Positions 14,101 through 26,000 of a stretch of DNA of 64,000 nucleotides are shown here, one piece after another (position 1 is the first letter of the stretch; each line of letters begins with the position of its first letter). The stretch comes from the human T2T-CHM13v2.0 reference genome, Homo sapiens. The translations under genes and the position numbers were made by a program. The notes below the pieces were generated by a model. It was not told where the DNA came from. It was given only the letters and a program-made list of their open reading frames with translations, and searched no databases. Location: assembly GCF_009914755.1 (NCBI RefSeq), contig NC_060936.1; one strand, 5' to 3'.

Positions 14101-17100
14101 TCACAAAAAGAGGGTTTCACATCTGCTCTGGCTAAAGGACAGTTCACGTCTGTGAGTTGAATAGAGGCAACACAAAGAACTTACTCAGTATTCTTCTTTC
14201 TAGCGTTCTATGAAGAAATCCCGTTTCCAACGAAGGCCTCAAAGAAGTCAAATATCTGCTTGCAGACTTTACAGACAGAGTGTTTCCAAACTACTCTATG
14301 AAAAGAAAGCTTAAACTCCTTGAGTTGAACGCACACATCACAATGTAGTTTCTGAGAATGATTCTGTCTAGTTTTTATACGAAGATGTTTCCTTTTCTAC
14401 ATTTGGTCTCAAAGCGATTGAAATCTCCAACTGGAAACTGCACAAATAGGCTGTTTCAAATCTGCTCTGTCTAAAGGAAGGGTCAGCTCTGTGAGTTGAA
14501 TACACACACCACAAATAAGTTACTGAGAATTCTTCTGTCGAACATTACAGGAAGAAATCCCGTTTCCAACGAAGGCCTCAAAGAGGTCCAAATATCCACT
14601 TGCAGACATTACAAACAGTGTGTTTCCAAACTGCTCCATCAAAACAAAGGTTAAACTCTGTGAGCTGAACACACACATCAAAAAGAAGTTTCTGTGAATG
14701 ATTCTGTCTAGATTTTATAAGAAGATGTTTCCTTTTCTACCGTAGGCCTCAAAGCGCTTGAAATCTCCAGCTGCAAATTCCACAAAAAGGGTGTTTAACA
14801 TCTGCTCTTCTAAAGGAAAGTTCAACTCTATGAGTTGAATACACACAGCACAAAGAAGTTACTGAGACTTCTCCTATCAAACATTATATGAAGAAATCCC
14901 GTTTCCAACGAAGGCCTCAAAGAGGTCCAAATATCTGCTTGCAGACTTTACAGACAGAGTGTTTCCAAACTGCTCCATCAAAAGAAAGGTTAAACTCCTT
15001 GAGTTGAACACACACATCACAAAGTAGTTTCTGTGAATGATTCTGTCTAGTTTTTATACGAAGATGTTTCCTTTTCTACCTTTGGTCTCAAAGCGATTGA
15101 AATCTCCACATGGAAACTCCACCAAAAGAGTGTTTCAAATCTGCTCTTTCTGAAGGAAGGTTCAACTCTGTGAGTTGAATACACACACCACAAATAAGTT
15201 ACTGAGAATTCTTCTGTGTAACATTATATGAGGAAATCCCGTTTCCAACGAAGGCCTCAAAGAGGTCCAAATATCCACTTGCAGACTTTACAAAGACAGT
15301 GTCTCCAAACTCCTCCATCAAAAGAAAGGTTATACTCTGTGAATTGAACGCACACATCACAAAGTAGTTTCTGAGAATGATTCTGTCCAGTTTTTATACG
15401 AAGATATTTCCTTTACTACATTTGGCCTAAAAGCGCTTGAAATCTCCACCTGCAAATATCACAAAAAGAGGGTTTCACATCTGCTCTGTCTAAAGGACAG
15501 TTCACCTCTGTGAGTTGAATAGAGGCAACACAAAGAACTTACTCAGTATTCTTCTTTCTAGCATTCTATGAAGAAATCCCGTTTCCAACGAAGGCCCCAA
15601 AGAGGTCCAAATATCTGCTTGCAGACTTTACAGACAGAGTTTTTCGAAACTGCTCCATCAAAAGAAAGGTTAAACTCCTTGAGTTGAACACACATATCAC
15701 AAAGTAGTTTCTGAGAATGATTCTGTCTAGTTTTTATACGAAGATGTTTCCTTTTCTACCTTTGGTCTCAAAGCGATTGAAATCTCCACATGGAAACTCC
15801 ACAAAAAGAGTGTTTCAAATCTGCTCTTTGTGAAGGAAGGTTCAACTCTGTGAGTTGAATACACACACCACAAATAAGTTACTGAGAATTCTTCTGTGTA
15901 ACATTATATGAGGAAATCCCGTTTCCAACGAAGGCCTCAAAGAGGTCCAAATATCCACTTGCAGACTTTACAAAGACAGTGTCTCCAAACTCCTCCATCA
16001 AAAGAAAGGTTATACTCTGTGAATTGAACGCACACATCACAAAGTAGTTTCTGAGAATGATTCTGTCTAGTTTTTATACAAAGATATTTCCTTTTCTACA
16101 TTTGGCCTAAAAGCGCTTGAAATCTCCACCTGCAAATATCACAAAAAGAGGGTTTCACATCTGCTCTGTCTAAAGGACAGTTCACCTCTGTGAGTTGAAT
16201 AGAGGCAACACAAAGAACTTACTCAGTATTCTTCTTTCTAGCGTTCTATGAAGAAATCCCGTTTCCAACGAAGGCCTTAAAGAGGTCAAATATCTGCTTG
16301 CAGACTTTACAGACAGAGTGTTTCCAAACTACTCTATGAAAAGAAATCTTAAACTCCTTGAGTTGAACGCACACATCACAAAGTAGTTTCTGAGAATGAT
16401 TCTGTCTAGTTTTTATACGAAGATGTTTCCTTTTCTACATTTGGTCTCAAAGCGATTGAAATCTCCAACTGGAAACTGCACAAATAGGGTGTTTCAAATC
16501 TGCTCTGTCTAAAGGAAGGTTCAACTCTGTGAGTTGAATACACACACCACAAATAAGTTACTGAGAATTCTTCTGTCGAACATTACTTGAAGAAATCCCG
16601 TTTCCAACGAAGGCCTCAAAGAGGTCCAAATATCCACTTGCAGACGTTACAAACAGAGTGTTTCCAAACTGCTCCATCAAAAGAAAGGTTAAACTCTGTG
16701 AGCTGAACACACACATCAAAAAGAAGTTTCTGTGAATGATTCTGTCTAGATTTTATAAGAAGATGTTTCCTTTTCTACCGTAGGCCTCAAAGCGCTTGAA
16801 ATCTCCAGCTGCAAATTCCACAAAAAGGGTGTTTAACATCTGCTCTTCTAAAGGAAAGTTCAACTCTATGAGTTGAATACACACAGCACAAAGAAGTTAC
16901 TGAGACTTCTCCTATCAAACATTATATGAAGAAATCCCGTTTCCAACGAAGGCCTCAAAGAGGTCCAAATATCTGCTTGCAGACTTTACAGACAGAGTGT
17001 TTCCAAACTGCTCCATCAAAAGAAAGGTTAAACTCCTTGAGTTGAACACACACATCACAAAGTAGTTTCTGTGAATGATTCTGTCTAGTTTTTATACGAA

Positions 17101-20100
17101 GATGTTTCCTTTTCTACCTTTGGTCTCAAAGCGATTGAAATCTCCACATGGAAACTCCACCAAAAGAGTGTTTCAAATCTGCTCTTTCTGAAGGAAGGTT
17201 CAACTCTGTGAGTTGAATACAGACACCACAAATAAGTTACTGAGAATTCTTCTGTGTAACATTATATGAGGAAATCCCGTTTCCAACGAAGGCCTCAAAG
17301 AGGTCCAAATATCCACTTGCAGACTTTACAAAGACAGTGTCTCCAAACTCTTCCATCAAAAGAAAGGTTATACTCTGTGAATTGAACGCACACATCACAA
17401 AGTAGTTTCTGAGAATGATTCTGTCTAGTTTTTATACGAAGATATTTCCTTTTCTACATTTGGCCTAAAAGCGCTTGAAATCTCCACCTGCAAATATCAC
17501 AAAAAGAGGGTTTCACATCTGCTCTGTCTAAAGGACAGTTCACCTCTGTGAGTTGAATAGAGGCAACACAAAGAACTTACTCAGTATTCTTCTTTCTAGC
17601 GTTCTATGAAGAAATCCCGTTTCCAACGAAGGCCTCAAAGAGGTCAAATATCTGCTTGCAGACTTTACAGACAGAGTGTTTCCAAACTACTCTATGAAAA
17701 GAAAGCTTAAACTCCTTCAGTTGAACGCACACATCACAAAGTAGTTTCTGAGAATGATTCTGTCTAGTTTTTATACGAAGATGTTTCCTTTTCTACATTT
17801 GGTCTCAAAGCTCTTGAAATCTCCAACTGGAAACTGCACAAATAGGCTGTTTCAAATCTGCTCTGTCTAAAGGAAGGTTCAACTCTGTGAGTTGAATACA
17901 CACACCACAAATAAGTTACTGAGAATTCTTCTGTCGAACATTACTTGAAGAAATCCCGTTTCCAACGAAGGCCTCAAAGAGGTCCAAATATCCACTTGCA
18001 GACGTTACAAACAGAGTGTTTCCAAACTGCTCCATCAAAAGAAAGGTTAAACTCTGTGAGCTGAACACACACATCAAAAAGAAGTTTCTGTGAATGATTC
18101 TGTCTAGATTTTATAAGAAGATGTTTCCTTTTCTACCGTAGGCCTCAAAGCGCTTGAAATCTCCAGCTGCAAATTCCACAAAAAGGGTGTTTAACATCTG
18201 CTCTTCTAAAGGAAAGTTCAACTCTATGAGTTGAATACACACAGCACAAAGAAGTTACTGAGACTTCTCCTATCAAACATTATATGAAGAAATCCCGTTT
18301 CCAACGAAGGCCTCAAAGAGGTCCAAATATCTGCTTGCAGACTTTACAGACAGAGTGTTTCCAAACTGCTCCATCAAAAGAAAGATTAAACTCCTTGAGT
18401 TGAACACACACATCACAAAGTAGTTTCTGTGAATGATTCTGTCTAGTTTTTATACGAAGATGTTTCCTTTTCTACCTTTGGTCTCAAAGCGATTGAAATC
18501 TCCACATGGAAACTCCACCAAAAGAGTGTTTCAAATCTGCTCTTTCTGAAGGAAGGTTCAACTCTGTGAGTTGAATACACACACCACAAATAAGTTACTG
18601 AGAATTCTTCTGTGTAACATTATATGAGGAAATCCCGTTTCCAACGAAGGCCTCAAAGAGGTCCAAATATCCACTTGCAGACTTTACAAAGACAGTGTCT
18701 CCAAACTCCTCCATCAAAAGAAAGGTTATACTCTGTGAATTGAACGCACACATCACAAAGTAGTTTCTGAGAATGATTCTGTCTAGTTTTTATACGAAGA
18801 TATTTCCTTTTCTACATTTGGCCTAAAAGCGCTTGAAATCTCCACCTGCAAATATCACAAAAAGAGGGTTTCACATCTGCTCTGTCTAAAGGACAGTTCA
18901 CGTCTGTGAGTTGAATAGAGGCAACACAAAGAACTTACTCAGTATTCTTCTTTCTAGCGTTCTATGAAGAAATCCCGTTTCCAACGAAGGCCACAAAGAA
19001 GTCAAATATCTGCTTGCAGACTTTACAGACAGAGTGTTTCCAAACTACTCTATGAAAAGAAAGCTTAAACTCCTTGAGTTGAACGCACACATCACAATGT
19101 AGTTTCTGAGAATGATTCTGTCTAGTTTTTATACGAAGATGTTTCCTTTTCTACATTTGGTCTCAAAGCGATTGAAATCTCCAACTGGAAACTGCACAAA
19201 TAGGCTGTTTCAAATCTGCTCTGTCTAAAGGAAGGGTCAGCTCTGTGAGTTGAATACACACACCACAAATAAGTTACTGAGAATTCTTCTGTCGAACATT
19301 ACAGGAAGAAATCCCGTTTCCAACGAAGGCCTCAAAGAGGTCCAAATATCCACTTGCAGACATTACAAACAGTGTGTTTCCAAACTGCTCCATCAAAAGA
19401 AAGGTTAAACTCTGTGAGCTGAACACACACATCAAAAAGAAGTTTCTGTGAATGATTCTGTCTAGATTTTATAAGAAGATGTTTCCTTTTCTACCGTAGG
19501 CCTCAAAGCGCTTGAAATCTCCAGCTGCAAATTCCACAAAAAGGGTGTTTAACATCTGCTCTTCTAAAGGAAAGTTCAACTCTATGAGTTGAATACACAC
19601 AGCACAAAGAAGTTACTGAGACTTCTCCTATCAAACATTATATGAAGAAATCCCGTTTCCAACGAAGGCCTCAAAGAGGTCCAAATATCTGCTTGCAGAC
19701 TTTACAGACAGAGTGTTTCCAAACTGCTCCATCAAAAGAAAGGTTAAACTCCTTGAGTTGAACACACACATCACAAAGTAGTTTCTGTGAATGATTCTGT
19801 CTAGTTTTTATACGAAGATGTTTCCTTTTCTACCTTTGGTCTCAAAGCGATTGAAATCTCCACATGGAAACTCCACCAAAAGAGTGTTTCAAATCTGCTC
19901 TTTCTGAAGGAAGGTTCAACTCTGTGAGTTGAATACAGACACCACAAATAAGTTACTGAGAATTCTTCTGTGTAACATTATATGAGGAAATCCCGTTTCC
20001 AACGAAGGCCTCAAAGAGGTCCAAATATCCACTTGCAGACTTTACAAAGACAGTGTCTCCAAACTCTTCCATCAAAAGAAAGGTTATACTCTGTGAATTG

Positions 20101-23092
20101 AACGCACACATCACAAAGTAGTTTCTGAGAATGATTCTGTCTAGTTTTTATACGAAGATATTTCCTTTTCTACATTTGGCCTAAAAGCGCTTGAAATCTC
20201 CACCTGCAAATATCACAAAAAGAGGGTTTCACATCTGCTCTGTCTAAAGGACAGTTCACCTCTGTGAGTTGAATAGAGGCAACACAAAGAACTTACTCAG
20301 TATTCTTCTTTCTAGCGTTCTATGAAGAAATCCCGTTTCCAACGAAGGCCTCTAAGAGGTCGAATATCTGCTTGCAGACTTTACAGACAGAGTGTTTCCA
20401 AACTACTCTATGAAAAGAAAGCTTAAACTCCTTGAGTTGAACGCACACATCACAAAGTAGTTTCTGAGAATGATTCTGTCTAGTGTTTATACGAAGATGT
20501 TTGCTTTTCTACATTTGGTCTCAAAGCGATTGAAATCTCCAACTGGAAACTGCACAAATAGGCTGTTTCAAATCTGCTCTGTCTAAAGGAAGGTTCAGCT
20601 CTGTGAGTTGAATACACACACCACAAATAAGTTACTGAGAATTCTTCTGTCGAACATTACAGGAAGAAATCCCGTTTCCAACGAAGGCCTCAAAGAGGTC
20701 CAAATATCCACTTGCAGACATTACAAACAGTGTGTTTCCAACTGCTCCATCAAAAGAAAGGTTATACTCTGTGAGCTGAACACACACATCAAAAAGAAGT
20801 TTCTGTGAATGATTCTGTCTAGATTTTATAAGAAGATGTTTCCTTTTCTACCGTAGGCCTCAAAGCGCTTGAAATCTCCAGCTGCAAATTCCACAAAAAG
20901 GGTGTTTAACATCTGCTCTTCTAAAGGAAATTTCAACTCTATGAGTTGAATACACACAGCACAAAGAAGTTACTGAGACTTCTCCTATCAAACATTATAT
21001 GAAGAAATCCCGTTTCCAACGAAGGCCTCAAAGAGGTCCAAATATCTGCTTGCAGACTTTACAGACAGAGTGTTTCCAAACTGCTCCATCAAAAGAAAGG
21101 TTAAACTCCTTGAGTTGAACACACACATCACAAAGTAGTTTCTGTGAATGATTCTGTCTAGTTTTTATACGAAGATGTTTCCTTTTCTACCTTTGGTCTC
21201 AAAGCGATTGAAATCTCCACATGGAAACTCCACAAAAAGAGTGTTTCAAATCTGCTCTTTCTGAAGGAAGGTTCAACTCTGTGAGTTGAATACACACACC
21301 ACAAATAAGTTACTGAGAATTCTTCTGTGTAACATTATATGAGGAAATCCCGTTTCCAACGAAGGCCTCAAAGAGGTCCAAATATCCACTTGAAGACTTT
21401 ACAAAGACAGTGTCTCCGAACTCCTCCATCAAAAGAAAGGTTATACTCTGTGAATTGAACGCACACATCACAAAGTAGTTTCTGAGAATGATTCTGTCTG
21501 GTTTTTATACGAACATATTTCCTTTTCTACATTTGGCCTAAAAGCGCTTGAAATCTCCACCTGCAAATATCACAAAAAGAGGGTTTCACATCTGCTCTGT
21601 CTAAAGGACAGTTCACCTCTGTGAGTTGAATAGAGGCAACACAAAGAACTTACTCAGTATTCTTCTTTCTAGCGTTCTATGTAGAAATCCCGTTTCCAAC
21701 GAAGGCCTCAAAGAGGTCAAATATCTGCTTGCAGACTTTACAGACAGAGTGTTTCCAAACTACTCTATGAAAAGAAAGCTTAAACTCCTTGAGTTGAACG
21801 CACACATCACAAAGTAGTTTCTGAGAATGATTCTGTCTAGTTTTTATACGAAGATGTTTCCTTTTCTACATTTGGTCTCAAAGCGATTGAAATCTCCAAC
21901 TGGAAACTGCACAAATAGGGTGTTTCAAATCTGCTCTGTCTAAAGGAAGGTTCAACTCTGTGAGTTGAATACACACACCACAAATAAGTTACTGAGAATT
22001 CTTCTGTCGAACATTACTTGAAGAAATCCCGTTTCCAACGAAGGCCTCAAAGAGGTCCAAATATCCACTTGCAGACATTACAAACAGAGTGTTTCCAAAC
22101 TGCTCCATCAAAAGAAAGGTTAAACTCTGTGAGCTGAACACACACATCAAAAAGAAGTTTCTGTGAATGATTCTGTCTAGATTTTATAAGAAGATGTTTC
22201 CTTTTCTACCGTAGGCCTCAAAGCGCTTGAAATCTCCAGCTGCAAATTCCACAAAAAGGGTGTTTAACATCTGCTCTTCTAAAGGAAAGTTCAACTCTAT
22301 GAGTTGAATACACACAGCACAAAGAAGTTACTGAGACTTCTCCTATCAAACATTATATGAAGAAATCCCGTTTCCAACGAAGGCCTCAAAGAGGTCCAAA
22401 TATCTGCTTGCAGACTTTACAGACAGAGTGTTTCCAAACTGCTCCATCAAAAGAAAGGTTAAACTCCTTGAGTTGAACACACACATCACAAAGTAGTTTC
22501 TGTGAATGATTCTGTCTAGTTTTTATACGAAGATGTTTCCTTTTCTACCTTTGGTCTCAAAGCGATTGAAATCTCCACATGGAAACTCCACAAAAAGAGT
22601 GTTTCAAATCTGCTCTTTCTGAAGGAAGGTTCAACTCTGTGAGTTGAATACACACACCACAAATAAGTTACTGAGAATTCTTCTGTGTAACATTATATGA
22701 GGAAATCCCGTTTCCAACGAAGGCCTCAAAGAGGTCCAAATATCCACTTGCAGACTTTACAAAGACAGTGTCTCCAAACTCCTCCATCAAAAGAAAGGTT
22801 ATACTCTGTGAATTGAACGCACACATCACAAAGTAGTTTCTGAGAATGATTCTGTCTAGTTTTTATACGAAGATATTTCCTTTTCTACATTTGGCCTAAA
22901 AGCGCTTGAAATCTCCACCTGCAAATATCACAAAAAGAGGGTTTCACATCTGCTCTGTCTAAAGGACAGTTCACCTCTGTGAGTTGAATAGAGGCAACAC
23001 AAAGAACTTACCCAGTATTCTTCTTTCTAGCGTTCTCTGAAGAAATCCCGTTTCCAACGAAGGCCTCAAAGAGTTCCAAATATCTGCTTGCA
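8153..23092 (-). repeat. 8-mer-rich HOR block (8,8,12,8,12,8,8,8,8,8)
   Basis: Unit starts at 8153, 9511, 10869, 12907, 14265, 16303, 17661, 19019, 20377, 21734 and 23093, giving spacings of 1357-1359 or 2038 bp. Confidence 0.9.
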
Positions 23093-26000
23093 GACTTTAC
23101 AGACAGAGTGTTTCCAAACTACTCTATGAAAAGAAAGCTTAAACTCCTTGAGTTGAACGCACACATCACAAAGTAGTTTCTGAGAATGATTCTGTCTAGT
23201 TTTTATACGAAGATGTTTCCTTTTCTACATTTGGTCTCAAAGCGATTGAAATCTCCAACTGGAAACTGCACAAATAGGCTGTTTCAAATCTGCTCTGTCT
23301 AAAGGAAGGTTCATCTCTGTGAGTTGAATACACACACCACAAATAAGTTACTGAGAATTCTTCTGTCGAACATTACAGGAAGAAATCCCGTTTCCAACGA
23401 AGGCCTCAAAGAGGTCCAAATATCCACTTGCAGACATTACAAACAGAGTGTTTCCAAAACTGCTCCATCAAAAGAAAGGTTAAACTCTGTGAGCTGAACA
23501 CACACATCAAAAAGAAGTTTCTGTGAATGATTCTGTCTAGATTTTATAAGAAGATATTTCCTTTTCTACCGTAGGCCTCAAAGCGCTTGAAATCTCCAGC
23601 TGCAAATTCCACAAAAAGGGTGTTTAACATCTGCTCTTCTAAAGGAAAGTTCAACTCTATGAGTTGAATACATACAGCACAAAGAAGTTACTGAGACTTC
23701 TCCTATCAAACATTATATGAAGAAATCCCGTTTCCAACGAAGGCCTCAAAGAGGTCCAAATATCTGCTTGCAGACTTTACAGACAGAGTGTTTCCAAACT
23801 GCTCCATCAAAAGAAAGGTTAAACTCCTTGAGTTGAACACACACATCACAAAGTAGTTTCTGTGAATGATTCTGTCTAGTTTTTATACGAAGATGTTTCC
23901 TTTTCAACCTTTGGTCTCAAAGCGATTGAAATCTCCACATGGAAACTCCACAAAAAGAGTGTTTCAAATCTGCTCTTTCTGAAGGAAGGTTCAACTCTGT
24001 GAGTTGAATACACACACCACAAATAAGTTACTGAGAATTCTTCTGTGTAACATTATATGAGGAAATCCCGTTTCCAACGAAGGCCTTAAAGAGGTCCAAA
24101 TATCCACTTGCAGACTTTACAAAGACAGTGTCTCCAAACTCCTCCATCAAAAGAAAGGTTATACTCTGTGAATTGAACGCACACATCACAAAGTAGTTTC
24201 TGAGAATGATTCTGTCTAGTTTTTATACGAAGATATTTCCTTTTCTACATTTGGCCTAAAAGCGCTTGAAATCTCCACCTGCAAATATCACAAAAAGAGG
24301 GTTTCACATCTGCTCTGTCTAAAGGACAGTTCACCTCTGTGAGTTGAATAGAGGCAACACAAAGAACTTACTCAGTATTCTTCTTTCTAGCATTCTATGA
24401 AGAAATCCCGTTTCCAACGAAGGCCCCAAAGAGGTCCAAATATCTGCTTGCAGACTTTACAGACAGAGTTTTTCCAAACTGCTCCATCAAAAGAAAGGTT
24501 AAACTCCTTGAGTTGAACACACACATCACAAAGTAGTTTCTGTGAATGATTCTGTCTAGTTTTTATAAGAAGATGTTTCCTTTTCTACCTTTGGTCTCAA
24601 AGCGATTGAAATCTCCACATGGAAACTCCACAAAAAGAGTGTTTCAAATCTGCTCTTTCTGAAGGAAGGTTCAACTCTGTGAGTTGAATACACACACCAC
24701 AAATAAGTTACTGAGAATTCTTCTGTGTAACATTATATGAGGAAATCCCGTTTCCAACGAAGGCCTCAAAGAGGTCCAAATATCCACTTGCAGACTTTAC
24801 AAAGACAGTGTCTCCAAACTCCTCCATCAAAAGAAAGGTTATACTCTGTGAATTGAACGCACACATCACAAAATAGTTTCTGAGAATGATTCTGTCTAGT
24901 TTTTATACGAAGATATTTCCTTTTCTACATTTGGCCTAAAAGCGCTTGAAATCTCCACCTGCAAATATCACAAAAAGAGGGTTTCACATCTGCTCTGTCT
25001 AAAGGACAGTTCACCTCTGTGAGTTGAATAGAGGCAACACAAAGAACTTACTCAGTATTCTTCTTTCTAGCGTTCTATGAAGAAATCCCGTTTCCAACGA
25101 AGGCCTCAAAGAGGTCCAAATATCCACTTGCAGACATTACAAACAGTGTGTTTCCCAACTGCTCCATCAAAAGAAAGGTTAAACTCTGTGAGCTGAACAC
25201 ACACATCAAAAAGAAGTTTCTGTGAATGATTCTGTCTAGATTTTATAAGAAGATGTTTCCTTTTCTACCGTAGGCCTCAAAGCGCTTGAAATCTCCAGCT
25301 GCAAATTCCACAAAAAGGGTGTTTAACATCTGCTCTTCTAAAGGAAAGTTCAACTCTGTGAGTTGAATACACACAGCACAAAGAAGTTACTGAGACTTCT
25401 CCTATCAAACATTATATGAAGAAATCCCGTTTCCAACGAAGGCCTCAAAGAGGTCCAAATATCTGCTTGCAGACTTTACAGACAGTGTGTTTCCAAACTG
25501 CTCCATCAAAAGAAAGGTTAAACTCCTTGAGTTGAACACACACATCACAAAGTAGTTTCTGTGAATGATTCTGTCTAGTTTTTATACGAAGATGTTTCCT
25601 TTTCTACCTTTGGTCTCAAAGCGATTGAAATCTCCACATGGAAACTCCACAAAAAGAGTGTTTCAAATCTGCTCTTTCTGAAGGAAGGTTCAACTCTGTG
25701 AGTTGAATACACACACCACAAATAAGTTACTGGGAATTCTTCTGTGTAACATTATATGAGGAAATCCCGTTTCCAACGAAGGCCTCAAAGAGGTCCAAAT
25801 ATCCACTTGCAGACTTTACAAAGACAGTGTCTCCAAACTCCTCCATCAAAAGAAAGGTTATACTCTGTGAATTGAACGCACACATCACAAAGTAGTTTCT
25901 GAGAATGATTCTGTCTAGTTTTTATACGAAGATAGTTCCTTTTCTACATTTGGCCTAAAAGCGCTTGAAATCTCCACCTGCAAATATCACAAAAAGAGGG

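Noticed and set aside
20608-20808. 66-aa ORF on +
   Set aside because: Alphoid sequence opened by a 1-bp deletion near 20738. It starts at TTG and has no recognisable protein features.
21626-21817. 63-aa ORF on +
   Set aside because: A single substitution (TGA to TGT near 21680) removes a stop in the repeat. It is a chance ORF with a TTG start.
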